Shown here in pieces: positions 1 through 12,844 of a stretch of DNA of 64,000 nucleotides. The stretch comes from Phoronis australis. Taxonomy: Eukaryota > Animalia > Phoronida. A program made the position numbers and the translations under genes. The notes under the pieces were generated by a model, which worked only from the letters and a program-made list of their open reading frames with translations, did no database searches and had not been told where the DNA came from. Where the stretch lies: the NCBI GenBank assembly GCA_002633005.1, contig NMRA01000310.1, positions 128,624 to 192,623 of the forward strand, written 5' to 3'. The first letter of the stretch is position 1. Every line of letters begins with the position of its first letter.

Positions 1-3000
1 TGGTGGCGTCAGATATGATACCATTATGCATGGTATTTAGCTGCGGGAACCTGGCGTGCGTTTCGTAGATGCGAGAGCATCGCGAAAATGCAAGCTAACG
101 CAAGAAGTCGTAAGATATAGCCCCTATTTATTATAAGCGAAGCACGTGATCACACTAGCTTCCTCCGAGAGATTCTTGCGTCTACAGAGCTCAATTTTGC
201 TAAATGTTAAATTGGCTGGGACGGTTTACATGGAGTTAATTTGCATATGGCATGGGTTCAAGGGGCACGTGTATCCCACATTTAAAAGTGCATTATCCGT
301 TGCGAATGCATGTTTCGTGCAATAAGGGCTCCATTTGAACGGACAATGTAATTTTCAGTAAAGGTCAATCAAACATAAGTAGGTATTTGATCCATGAAAT
401 TATTTCATAAAAATTAAAACTTATAAATGTGCCCCGAAACAACAACTCTTGGGAGCATAGAATATCCGGAGTAACGGCCCTAGGAGTACACACAATTCCG
501 ACTATTTGTACTTCGAAGTAAAGACCCTTCGGACTGGAGATCTAGATCCCCTCGTGATTGGCGATCTCTTTTAAAGTCTAACGCAGCGCCATCTTTGAGA
601 AGCATTGTTGTTTGGGGTGAAAACCTCGTTTTGGGTAGTAGCAATCCAAACGTGCCGCTCATAAGGCTGACTTTTTCACGACCAGTTTCTTGTAAAAGAT
701 TGCCTTTTCTGACAAAATTCCCTACAAAAGAGTCCAGGCACTCTATAAAAAACTCTACCCACATTAAAGTACACGTGAGTTTTCACTGAATATTATCTCT
801 TTAAAAACTTTTGTTGCCGAAGTACTGTGCTCGTTTTAGACAACATGATAGTACTGTTTCTGACGTAACGGGTTAATTCAGCTGTCCAGGAATTGACCTA
901 TCGCAAGCTCCGCCCCTTTGCAAAATGTCGACAAGCAAACAATAACTTTTACCCGGCAACGTGATGTTTATCGGGTAAAATGGCAGCATGGGAAACGAAG
1001 GTGTGTCAAGAATACTGCGTTCTGATTGGTCAGTTAAGCCGTCCGTCACTCAAATTCCTGGCGTCAGGTCAATCTCAAGGTTAAGGATCATGGAATTGAC
1101 CCTTGCAAGAGGTAATGTTTCTGGAACAGAATCCTAGGAAAGGGTGATTCTTATGGAATTCCCGCTCTATAAAAGTGTGAATATCCTAATTTTCTGCACA
1201 CCCTTAAAATATGGTCGACTACTTCCGGTTTCTAGTTATGCATGACAACACCAGAGACCAGTTAAAGGTGTTTGACTAGTCGGCGCAACGGCAAATTCAT
1301 GGAGGTTGAACTGGATTTGTTCACTGGGTTGGAAGTTTGGGATTATGGCTTCAGTGATCTGACGGGGACTTAAATGTAGATGACATTGTTTCCCACGACC
1401 AATTCACGGGTCCAGTTCTGTTGATGCAAAAATATCGCCGAGGAAGCACGTGCGACCACCTGCTTTGCTTTTAATAAATGTCGATATCTCACAAACTTTT
1501 GCGGGATCTGCGTTTTCGTGAGGTTCTCCCCAGTGGCAAATTTAGGAAGGGGGCCAAAGGGGGTCATGGTCCCCCTAAAATTCTTCCAGTTTTCATTTGG
1601 TAGTTTTGGTTTGCGAATGTGTGATGGGCAAAATCCTGACTAACACTCTGCCCTGGCCCCCCTAACTCATAATCCTGGATCTGCGGAACGCATGTTTTGC
1701 CACATAAAACACGCCTCGGGCATTTACATGTCATACAAACAGAAACGCATAGGCCGCTTGTGTTACGTAAAAAGAAGGTCAAAAAGCCATCAGTTTTGAT
1801 AGGGTTGACAAACCCCTCCATATATTACATATTAATCGCACACTGCGTAATCTCTCGTAGTGCAGAAACTGAATGGTATCATGATAAGAAAATAACATTT
1901 ATGTCTATTTTGTGAGGCTGTTGATGAGCCGAGTGGCCTTTTGTTGCAGGTAAGTTGCTGCGCCTATTAAGTTGCATACCTAGACTAATAACATCACCCA
2001 TATACAAACACAAGTAGTTTAACGTATATATTTATACCATCGGCAATATAATTAACATTCTACCGTTATGAGACGGAGTGAGTTGCGGCCGTTGTTGCGA
2101 CAAGTGATTGGTGAAGATCTTGGAGACGATTGAAGATTTTCACTAGCGATAAATGCGCTTGGAACCAAGAAATCACGTGTATCCAAAAGGCATGATAGTT
2201 TTTGAAAATATAAATTATTTTTGACAAATAAGGGTCGAATTTAAGTGCCGTTTCAAATGATTTGCAACATGCCTTACATGGCGGACGTGCAAACTAGTGC
2301 GCAGCACGTTGAGGCTCAGACCCTGGGGGGGGGGGGGGGTNNNNNNNNGGGTTACTCCATCATTTTGATGGGAGTTTACAGCTGAAAAAATAGGTTACCC
2401 CTAGACCTTTTAACAGAGCTACGACCATAAACAGTCCGCTTATATGAAGCTATTCTGAAAATCACATTTTCGTTTATCTCATAGTCACCCATTCGTACTG
2501 CACGTAAATTGTCGTGAAAAAGACACCACGTCTACTCCTAGCATATATTCCTGTTTTCGGATGGACGATGTTTTCGGCCGACCAGCCGCCAAACCCCCTG
2601 TGCTCACTTTTCGAAAGTGGTTACGCACCCCGTTAGTTGAAATTTGACATCAGTGTTGAGTCAAGCTCTTCGTTTTGTGGTTGATAAACGTATTTCGTGC
2701 TCTCATCTTAGGGGGGGGGTATTTGACAAATGGCCATAACGAATTGTGAGCGGTATACTGCAGACGGCGAAAGCGGAAGCGACACCTTGTGCGAACTAAG
2801 TGGATTTGCATCTCGGGGGAAATGTACGGCGTAAACCGACGATCCAGGAACACAGGCAACCATATGCGAATGTATCGATTTTAAGAGTATTATAATGAGT
2901 GCGTGTAGATGAGTCTGAATGTTATATGGAAACGGTGCAGGCTGTGTTTGATCAGCAGTGAGTCACACTCACCCAGCTTACCGGCAACGCGCACTAATTG

Positions 3001-4015
3001 GTCGCGCGTACTTGCCATATAAAAATTATTATGCACGCCGACAGAAAATGAAACCAATTCATTACTCAATCGGCAATCAAAAAGCACGTAATGGTCGTTT
3101 CATGAACCCGTGAATTAATAAAACTATTTTTGCGCTGTCGTGGACATTTTTATGCTCTGTTCAGAAATTATTAGATCTTTTCAAAACCTGTTCGTCTGTC
3201 TACATCGATTCTCACAATACATGCGTCTTATCGATGACGATTCTTGTTGCTCTCGCTGTCGTAATTATTACAATTAAAACAATTTTGAATTATTTATAGT
3301 GTCAACACAGTAAGAGGGGGGAATAAGTGACTTACAAAATGAATATTTATGAACAGCAATTAAATTTTGTACTTCTGTAATTTATAAGCTGGATAATTTA
3401 GAAAGGACATGGCCTTCGAAATCGATAATATTATCAAAAACTATCCGCAAAACATATTTTATTTCTAGAAAGCAAGGTCGATTGGACCATTATGAACTAC
3501 GAAAGAATATAACGCTAAACGATTACGACAAAGTAACACCACCACAGTTACGCTATCGCCCACTCTCACCATGTCTTGTAACACATTAGTTAATCGCATA
3601 CGGAAAAAATGTCACTGCATCATCTCTAATTATGACCCTATGAATGTTTCAGTAAGTCATACCTAGGCACGTAAAATGAAACGTATGTATGATGTCATAT
3701 TACGACATTACATGCACCCATCTCCGGTCACGTGTAACACCACTTTAAGGCGCAACCTAACCACTTCACTGCCTACTCATCATGAAACATTTCGAACCTT
3801 TAGGATAACAACGTTTTACAATGTCAAATAACTCCATCTCACATCGTTTTCCCAGACTAAATGGATTTAGTCCTGTCACATCGCGACACCAAAGTTGACT
3901 TAAGCGTCTTGCTATCATATGTCTAAACCAAAAAACACTAAGACAATATGAGAGTGTTTTGTTTCTACAGATCGTAGTTTGAGTTAAAACGAAACATTTG
4001 GACATGGGTATTTAT

Positions 4016-4181
4016 ACTTGGTTGAAGGCACGACCGTACTTTTTGTTAGACAGCTTAATATATACTCGCTCGTAGTAAACAATCTCCTATCTTCAGGCGT
4101 GCAGCTATGAAGCAAAAAAGGCTAAGAGCGAGTATATCGTAAGCTGTCTAACAAAAAGTACAGTCGTGCCTTTAACCAAGT
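4016..4181. repeat. Foldback element with ~60-bp inverted arms
   Basis: acttggttgaaggcacgaccgtactttttgttagacagctta...ctcgctc versus its reverse complement at 4122-4181. Confidence 0.85.
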
Positions 4182-4450
4182 TTGTGTAAATAATGGGTTG
4201 CTACAGAACAATACATCTGTATATAATGTAAACATGACACCAATTAATGTCAAAGCGATTAATTTTAAACTCTTTTGTTGTTACTAAGGCCTGAAACTTA
4301 GTACAAACCAGTCAGTCTAGTCCTGCTGCACTATTCTTAACCCGGTTCTGTCACCATTGAAGGCAAATTTATGACGTGAAGAAATTACCAAAAATACCAA
4401 CTGTGGCTTCAAATGGTAAAAAAACAACCAACCAGATCAATACCCAATAC

Positions 4451-4496
4451 CTGCCGCGTAATTTGAAGATCTTCCGGCTCCAAAGTATTCTATCAT
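4451..4496 (-). CDS. Candidate short first exon (MIEYFGAGRSSNYAA)
   Basis: ATG plus 14 codons ending CAG|gtattg (phase 1). Confidence 0.2.
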
Positions 4497-5434
4497 ATGT
4501 GTTCTCCTTTATTGACTAAATCCAGTTACTCTGTGTGGTCGGTAAATATCGCACTGGTCTCCAGATGACCCGGCATTATCGACGTGCAAGATACCAGCAT
4601 TGTATGAATAATTCATGCAGAAATGATCGCACTTCAACAGTGAACGTTTACCACCAGATTCTCCACTGGCAGACGCAACCAGTAACGTGTTTCTTTCATT
4701 CGATTTTGGCCGAATACCAAATAATGAATTTTTGACTTAAAATATTTACCGCTATAGAATTGGCCAAAACTTCTTCCTTACTTGGACGAGAAGTGCATTG
4801 TGGGTTTCAGTGCAAAATGCTGGCAGTTAGCGGTAATTCCTCCCGAGACTATGTTGTTCACCGCCTATAAAACGTCACGCCGCGACAAGCCAACTTGTAG
4901 AGTCTGATCTCAATCAATACCCAACGTCACTTCTTTCAAAGCCCTTAAATACCCTCAAGTTGCGTGACTGTAAGTTTATTAAGGTAAGCGGCTTAAATCA
5001 AAATTTGTTTTTTTTTTGTGGCGGAAGGGCCGGGGGCTCAATAGCCGCTTTAAAAACATCATTCAAAGGAGTAAGAAAAATTGCCAACGCGAACATCTCG
5101 TCAAAAGATAGATAGATTTTTGTAAAATTCAAAGAATATCATATCTGTATTGTATGAAGTTTTCGCCACCCTTGCAGTGGACTTGACAAGCGAAGGTCCA
5201 GATATTGATCTAGGATCAATCAACAGTGTATAAACGTATTGGCGACGACGAGAGGATGACTATGACGACAGCGCGGCAAAGTGAAAGATGACGATGAAAC
5301 GACCAGGCGACATGAGCGATCAACTGCACTTTGTGCTACGTCACTTTTCTTTGAGCCCAACGATTATTAGTTTAACCGACAGCAAATTGTTTCTCTAAGT
5401 CAGAAAGTCTCGATACGAAACAATCATGCGTCAC

Positions 5435-5597
5435 TCAGGAAATTCATGTTCAAGTTGTAGCGCCATCTATTACGAAGATAGAGAGCGACATACGGACTTG
5501 AAAGATAGAGGATTATAGAAAATTATGCACGCAGACAAACAAACAAACAAACATGCAGACATGCAGATAAACCAAAATATGTTCGAAGAGATAGCTT
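5435..5597 (+). mobile_element. Helentron/DINE-1-like non-autonomous remnant (similar architecture at about 40480-40820)
   Basis: Contains an (ACAA)n/acagac microsatellite block near the 3' end, a layout typical of these elements. Confidence 0.3.
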
Positions 5598-6154
5598 GAT
5601 ATGAATTGGATACATTGTCAAAACATCACCGCCAAGTGCATGTCTTGCGACCCATGCATCGGTTACCAAAGATTTTATAGTTATCTAAGATCTTTGACTT
5701 ATGACCTAAATGCGTCACAGCGTTACAAGTAGCGCCACCTTCTGGAAGGCACTCAAATACAGTATAATAGCATGGATGACTGTAATGCCAGTATGTCCTC
5801 TGATGCTTACAAAATACTTTGTTTCGCTTGCCTAAAGGTAAGGAGAGGAAAGTGTATATTCATTATATATTCCACACTACTACTGGCAAGTGGATATAGC
5901 GTCGTTGTCGGTTTACTGGACTCGAGAGGCATCAGTTCGGAACGCGTCGCCGCTCAGTCGAAATATGTCGAATAATGTTGGTCTGACGACTAACAAGGCC
6001 GCTACTCAACGACCGTCTGTGATTTAAAGGTGATAATGTTACTAGTCTAAATAAATAATTATACACTAGTAGTGTGACATAAACCAAAGCCATTTCCTAC
6101 AATCTAGTAAAAAACACGTACAGGCTACGTACATGTAGTTTTATCATAACTTAC

Positions 6155-6193
6155 CGGAGAATAGCAATTGCTTAACGATCACCAAAGTGCCTA
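6155..6193 (-). other. Candidate 39-nt exon (coding or UTR)
   Basis: Strong acceptor acttttgcag (tandem CAGTAG) and strong donor CCG|gtaagt. One frame is open (GTLVIVKQLLFS). Confidence 0.35.
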
Positions 6194-6454
6194 CTGCAAA
6201 AGTATTGCGGTAAGAAAGAACGGAACACCAAGCCAGGCAAGATAATTGTATTTCATGAACCGTTGTCAAAGGCAGACCATACCCATTTAATTTAATTCTT
6301 CCCGGGTGATTTCTGTTCAGCTGTCGTTTTTCGAATTATTGTGGAGGTCGTAAACATCCGGTGATGCATCACAGATAACATGCAGACGCGTACCCTAATG
6401 GCCCATTTGCGTTTAGGACAGTTGTGAAACTTGGCTTATCAGCATGTTCGGATG

Positions 6455-6532
6455 GCCCTTGCCATGTGAACCACCAACTCTGTATATTCTCAAGACAAGA
6501 TCTGTCACCGCACAAGTTGCGACCAACAATTA
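6455..6532 (+). repeat. Dispersed repeat fragment shared with 26482-26550
   Basis: accaccaactctgtatattctcaagacaagatctgtca-ccgcacaagttgcgaccaacaat versus accgccaactgtgtgtattctcaatgcaaaagacctgtgaccttgcgcacaagccgcgaccaacaat. Confidence 0.7.
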
Positions 6533-6865
6533 TATTATACTATGGTCCGAACGGCACCTGGGTTGAGTTGCATAAAGCTTCAAAAGTTATCGGCTGGATA
6601 AGTTTGATTGTTGCATGACGTCAAGTGCATTGTTCAACAACAAAAACGTGACGTCATTGTTGCTATACAGCGCATAGCTTTTATGCAACTGGGCCCAGGT
6701 GTGATGGCCTGTTCTACTTCCGGCAAGCACACAAACTCTCACCAAGCAGTTACATGTAAGCTTGTCACCAGCTTACGAACCGACAACCGCCCACAACACA
6801 CTTAAAAAACGTTGAATTTTCAGAATTGCGAACTATGCCATTGATTTCAGTTTCACCTACCGTAT

Positions 6866-7114
6866 CATGCGCGCACCCAGCCTAAAATATAGGGGGCTCG
6901 ACTTTTTGACAATGTGGACCTTTTACTAACAAAAAACGGGGGACTAAAAAAGAAGAAAAAGAACGGGGAACCACGTTCAGAGCTACGAATTCTGCATTCG
7001 CGCCTTTTTGTGGACTTTTGTCTCGTTTTCTCGGACTTTGTTTCTCTGAGGCGGACCTTTTTTTCCCACTTCGCCAAATGCGCCCCCCGAGCTCCCTACC
7101 CGGGTGCGCGCATG
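6866..7114. mobile_element. MITE family B copy 1 (TIR CATGCGCGCACCC), 5-bp TSD CGTAT
   Basis: TIRs at both ends, flanked by cgtat on each side. Homologous to 48540-48811 and 53231-53446 in the opposite orientation. Confidence 0.85.
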
Positions 7115-7315
7115 CGTATGTATACGTATTTAAGTCTATGTCTTTGTCAAAGGCAGTTTAGCAAAAGCTGAAGGACAAGTTCTTAAAATGACATTTCTAT
7201 CAAGCCTGACCTATCCGTTGCAAACGGTAGTTGTTGACGCCGCGCATCCATTTTTACGCTCAAAACCCCGCCTCCCGTCGAAAGCTTTTGATTTCAATCG
7301 CTTACAATTATTTGA

Positions 7316-7374
7316 AATTGGTCACAGCTTACTCCAATTTAGAAATTGGTCACAGCTTACTCCAATTTAGAAAT
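7316..7374 (+). repeat. Perfect 28-bp tandem duplication (AATTGGTCACAGCTTACTCCAATTTAGA x2)
   Basis: Directly visible in the sequence. Confidence 0.9.
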
Positions 7375-10300
7375 GTCTCTGGAATTGGATAGACTGACAG
7401 ATCGTCGTTGCTCGAGTTCAGTAACGCTAGGACCTCGCTAGACAAGCAAGACTTTGCGAGATTACGGGAGATGTTGCCGTGTATTTTAAACGAGAACACG
7501 TGATCTTGCCCAGGATTTTTCTAGCCGCGAGACCGCTCCAGAACTCTACCCAGGCTCGACAAGTCAAAAAGTGGTCTTGCCTCGGTGGCTTATTTCATGC
7601 GCTAAGCATGACTTCAAGCAATAATGAACTGTACTTTACAAGCTCACGAACTACGTACGTCTCACTTGAGTAAAGGAACAAACTGGAGACTTGAGAGCGG
7701 TAAGTGATCCACATCAAAAGTTAAATTGTTGATAGGAGCTAAGCTTTAACTATGGAAATGAAAACAAATACTCAGAGAAACACTCAATTTAAGACACCTT
7801 CATACATTACTGAAAGCTACTGTTGCCTGCAACTGGTGCATAGTCGCGTGCATCCATATTTTAATTTCAAAAAAGCATTTTCGCAACTATCAGATCCGTC
7901 CTGAATGTAGGCACATGTTAGTAAGTATATTAGTAAATTTATTTCCTATGCAATATCTCGAGACTGAAAGAAATAACGGCTCTTAAGTATGCTGCAAACG
8001 GGTGCAATTGCACAGAGGACACTCTCATGCGATGTAATTCACGTATTCCGTCATCACCATGTAGCGATACCAAAGTGCACGAGAAGGTCAAAAGACTCAA
8101 CCGCCGTTTCAGGTTGAAATGTATTGCTAAAATTTAAAGAGACAAGTAGGAGAAAATATGTATACTCTATTGATATGAGATATAAACACGCATCACTATT
8201 GTTTTCGCCTGCTACGTGTTCCAAATAATCGATAATTGATAATCAATGATATGAAATCATGACCATGCTCAGCCATTCTACCTCACCTTCATCCGGGTAT
8301 GTTCTTCTGATGTTCACGTAGTACCAAAGAGTAAATCTGACTCACGGACTAATCCAAGAGAACGCTTACAGTCTCATGACTGTCGAGCTTGACAAAATCA
8401 AATTTCGACCGACTATGAAGCTGTCATGTCAAGAAATTTATCTTGTCCAATACACACTATTTGTTCCTTGCAGAACGTTTACAAGTGCACAATTTTCGCA
8501 GCATTAACACGAGCAAAAGCTCTCATCTAGTCACTGCGATTTCGAAGCAGACGTACGAAGCAGACGTAAGAAGCAGACGTACGAAGCTCGGTTCAGATAT
8601 GATGTTCAAAACTAATTCACTAACATATGTTGTTGACAGGTCCAATTCACAAACAGAATTTAAAATCCGCTTTGGGGCATAATCTAATCAGTTCACAAGT
8701 GAACGCTCTATCCGCAGACGGTGTAGAAAGCACAGTTCCTAGGAAGTTCTGAAAAATCCAAGTCACATCGAATCATGTTTCTCACTAATTGAACAGGTTT
8801 CCATCCATTGTCAATGTTCTAGATCCAGTTCATGGAACCCATGAAACCGTATTTTGTCATTTTTCCGCTATAACGAGCGGAAACGCGAAACTGTTCCTTT
8901 TCTTGAGCCGTACTCCGTCACACAACACGATCTCAGACGAAACTAATAAGCCTTCATAACTAATTCAACATCCTGATTTCTCCTCATCGTGCCTGTATCC
9001 AACGCAACCGCTAGCTCGCGCGCGACTACTTTCCTGGTTTCTAACCTTTCGACTCACACCAGAGCCTTAAGGACCCAAATGTGATTCAATGGAAAGCGAG
9101 TTGTAGTTAACACGACAAGCGTGGCGATAGCCGTCGACTGTGATTCTCAGCGATCATGCCCCGATCAGATGTACTTGGATGCATTGTAAATAGTTCCGCA
9201 TATTTTTCTGACGCAGGCTACAAAGAGCTGCATCCTTCGCCACTGAGCACTGAATCAGTGAATCGGCCAATATTTCGGTGTACTAGTCGATTGCTGATTC
9301 ACATACCGATATTGTCTAGTGTGGTATTGAGAGGGTTTGCGGTGAAAGACAGTTTTCGAGTAATAATCTTAGACACAATAAAGAAAAATCGAATACCTTT
9401 GTGCAGCACTAGTTTAGAAAACATCGGATCGATGGGCACTCTATAGGTAACAACAGCACGTGATCGATACACGAGACTCCATTTTTAACTTATAAATGAG
9501 GGTCATGCAACGTGGATTATGGGCTGAGAGTCTAGGCCATTTTGCCAATCGAGATGGTAGTTGCCCAAAATAGCATGTCTTCAAATTCAGAATTTCTTAC
9601 AGTAGAATAAAAATATAACATTCCACACGACCCTATGGCTATCCTGTCTAAACATCAACCAACCACCACAGGGAAAATAGATTATATATTATATACGCCT
9701 AAGCCATTCGTGATCGAGTGGTTGAGCCAGTCAGCTGGCACACAGGGCGCGTAGGTGGGCCAACTGAACTCTTAAAAGAAGTTATGATTGAGATTTTCAT
9801 GTTCTCTAAGACCCGCGACCAGCCTGAGTGCCCCATATTCAAAGGTCTCACGACCAAACGTAGTTACATGTGAAAACGTCTAATCCAACACTTGTTTGTA
9901 CAGAGTTAATACAAGGAGAAAATGGTGTAAATACGATTTTACGTCAGTTGCAATGTTTCGTTTCACAGCGTCGCGTAATTACGCAGTTGCGTGGCTACGA
10001 CCGTCGTACTTGGCTTACGACCGTCGTAGTAACGACCAAGCACACGACAACTCAACAGACCCCAGTAGGTAGGAGGTTACTTAGGGAAAGTCACACGACC
10101 GTATGTGTATATCACTACCCAACACCCACCATAATCTAGGCCTACAAACAGCAACTCCTCTAGAGCTTGGTTTGAAAATGAGAAGAAAATCTACCTAATA
10201 ATATGTCTACAAGGTTTGAATATTTATTTTTTCAAGCGCTATCCGGCGTATATTTGTAAGAGAATGTGTGCCTTGACGATGACTTGAATCAATTGCCATC

Positions 10301-10619
10301 AGAGGGCGACACTCTCTAGCTTGCATAGACTTCAGACAGAGTGTGTTATTAGTCTGATATCCAGTAGAGTTATCTCCCCATGTCTGACATTGTCTTATAA
10401 TGTCGGACACCAAAAGCAATTGCCAAGTGACCATTAATTTTGTACTTTTGATAACTAGGCTTCATTTTTGTTGCTTCTTTTACTCGTCATTTTACCCCAT
10501 AACCGAGGAAGGCGGTCACAGGTGTGGCAGTTGACAGTCGGTGGATGATAGTGATACTATTGTCCCTGAATCCTCACCACCCCCAACAACTCAATGACCA
10601 CCATTCTTTACCATAGCCC

Positions 10620-11262
10620 ATCTGGCACCTCTCACCGTATCCATGCAATCATCAAAAATGTGTCTTACCCACCTGGTAGCCCATTTTCAACAGACTGACT
10701 TGGCTCCCTATTGACAAATATTTTACATATAGGCGTTTTTGTATGATGCATAAGTGTTTTCACAATAATGTACCAACTTATTTATCCGGTAACCTTGTAC
10801 TCGTTTGAAATAGCCACTAAACCAGGACAAGATTTTCTACCTCAAACAATTTGGGTTTGCCTAAACACAGAACTTCTTTATACTTTAAGTCCTTCTTTAT
10901 TCAAATAGTCTAAAGGAGGCTGACCGTTATGATGATTTCAGACTCAAACTCCTGAGTTCCCTGTGGTCGTCATAGCTGTCCCTCCTTTGTGTCACTCCAA
11001 TGTATATACCACAGAAAAGTTTTTATTTATTTTATTTATTTTAATACATTTTATTTATTTATTTATTTTTAATTCAGTCTGCAAACCCAATTTGTAAATA
11101 TTGTTTAATTTTATGTAACTTAATTTAATCTATTTATCTATCTTAATCTTTTTTATTAAATTTTTGCTTCAGAGGACCATGCTGTATATTAGCCTTTGGC
11201 CAAAGCATGTTTTATATCTATTGTATTTCATCCTCTATAAATAAAGTTTATTATTGTTATTG
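10620..11262 (+). mobile_element. 3' remnant of an L2/CR1-group LINE
   Basis: Frame reads LTWLPIDKYFTYRRFCMMHKCFHNNVPTYL, matching the L.WLP...Y.....HK.....P.YL signature. It is followed by an AT-rich 3' UTR with (TTTA)n and a terminal gaggacc...atcctctataAATAAAg-ttattattgttatt tail. Confidence 0.75.
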
Positions 11263-11442
11263 TGACGTCATCAACCTCCCATAAAAGTCGCCTGCATATA
11301 CAGGGTGTCCAAAAACACAACCGTAGGTGAGACTAATAAATGAAAAAAATATCAAATTTTGAACAATAATTTTATGGAGTACCGTTCTTTTTATAAAGTG
11401 AAATTCTCACATCAATTGTTTTCATAAAAATCGACGACTTTC

Positions 11443-11532
11443 AAGGAAACTTGTACAAAGAAGCCATCTCTCAAAAACAAAATTCTTCCAATTTTTTGTT
11501 TTTGAGAGCTGGCTTCTTTGCACAAGTTTCTT
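11443..11532. repeat. Palindrome (~38-bp arms) inside a Tc1/mariner-like remnant beginning TA|CAGGGTGTCC at about 11299
   Basis: aggaaacttgtacaaagaagccatctctcaaaaacaaaa versus ttttgtttttgagagctggcttctttgcacaagtttctt. Confidence 0.7.
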
Positions 11533-12754
11533 CCAATTTTTGTTGCTCGAAATTTCGTCTGTTTGGTACAGAAAGATGTAGTCATATTTTAAAATGTTAT
11601 TCCAAAGATATGCTAAAATCAACTTAAAGTTTTAAAGTACATCGACGTAAGGCGTAAAAATGTTTGCTTCAGCGGGATTGCGAAAAAATGAGAGCATCCC
11701 CTTCCCCCCCCCGGTCAACTCCGGTTACCCCTCCGCCACCATGTAGTTACACCCGGAACTCGTCACCAGTTTTACTACCCCTCGTCTCCAGTCGACACTC
11801 GTTTTATCTGCACCTGCAACCCCGCAGCGGCATAAGTTTTACCCGCGTCCCCCGTTTATCTCAGCCCTTCTCTTTTGTCACTTTAACAGGCGCAAACAGT
11901 TTTGAGATAATTGGGATGGCGGACACAAATTAAATCAAATTCGCCAAACTGTTTACAAATCCGTAATTTACAGCACGTTTTTAACAATACCCAAAGGGAT
12001 GCGTGCAGACAAATGTATTTGACGGGCAACCAAGAGAGTCGGGGAAACCCACGGGGGTTTGAGGGTATCCCCCAAGACATTTTCCGAATTGATCCGTGAA
12101 TTCTGCCTTTTCCTGTGGCTATACTGTCTACAATCATTAACAAATCATACACCAGCCCCCCCCCATTCAACACAGCGAGTTTCTTATGAACGATCTTAGT
12201 ACTTTTCTACAAAATCACTGGGAAAAAGTATCGGACGATTTTAACGTTACAAAACGGTCGAGATTACCGCCCTTGTGTAATTCACAAATATTTTTAAGAC
12301 CACCCTTACCCATCCCCCACCACAGCCCCCACTCTCTAGGCCCCTCTCCTCCGCATCTGCTTAATGCACGCGGGTTCGCGCTTCATCAAGTAGCCTGTTA
12401 TTTGGGGCGAATGTTCTAACGCCGCTAACCTTTGAATGAACATATGTTGTTTTCATGACCAATTTGATTTTTTTCTACACCCCTTCGTGAATATTTAACA
12501 GTGGCAGATTTATAGGGTGCAAAGGGCGGTTTCCCCATGCCGGGTCTCCCAGAGAGGGGTGCCTGTCTGAGAGGTCTCTGCCGCCCAAATATTCTAATAT
12601 GAAAGTGAAAGTTAATTCCGTCGTCGGGTCACAAAAAGAACAAAGGAGAGGTAGTCGATTCTATCATTGAGGAACCTTACGTGAATGGCTAATCACAAAG
12701 AATATAAATAACAAAAACACCTAGGATTTATATCAAAAATAATAAATAATGGTC

Positions 12755-12844
12755 TGCCCGAATTTTGAGAACCAGTTTTCTCCACTAAATAACGGGCGTC
12801 AGACTGGTTCTCAAAATACGGGCACGTTATATCAGACTATTGCC
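12755..12844. repeat. Dispersed hairpin repeat (24-bp arms TGCCCGAATTTTGAGAACCAGTTT); copies at 18797-18884 and 21429-21505
   Basis: Three same-orientation copies of ...gagaaccagttttctccactgaataacgggc...ctggttctcaaaatacgggcacgttatatccgactattgcc. Confidence 0.85.

Noticed and set aside
480-764. 94-aa minus-strand ORF as the common downstream exon
   Set aside because: No recognisable domain and no convincing donor before the stop. It cannot be excluded, but is unsupported.
2325-2351. G-quadruplex element at the poly-G run
   Set aside because: The run abuts an N gap and probably belongs to a common MITE terminus, so its length is unreliable.
7660-7720. Minus-strand FDVD peptide as the PDE4 UCR1 entry exon
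   Set aside because: There is no AG acceptor before TTTGATGTGGAT, the downstream residues do not resemble UCR1, and the frame stops after 18 codons.
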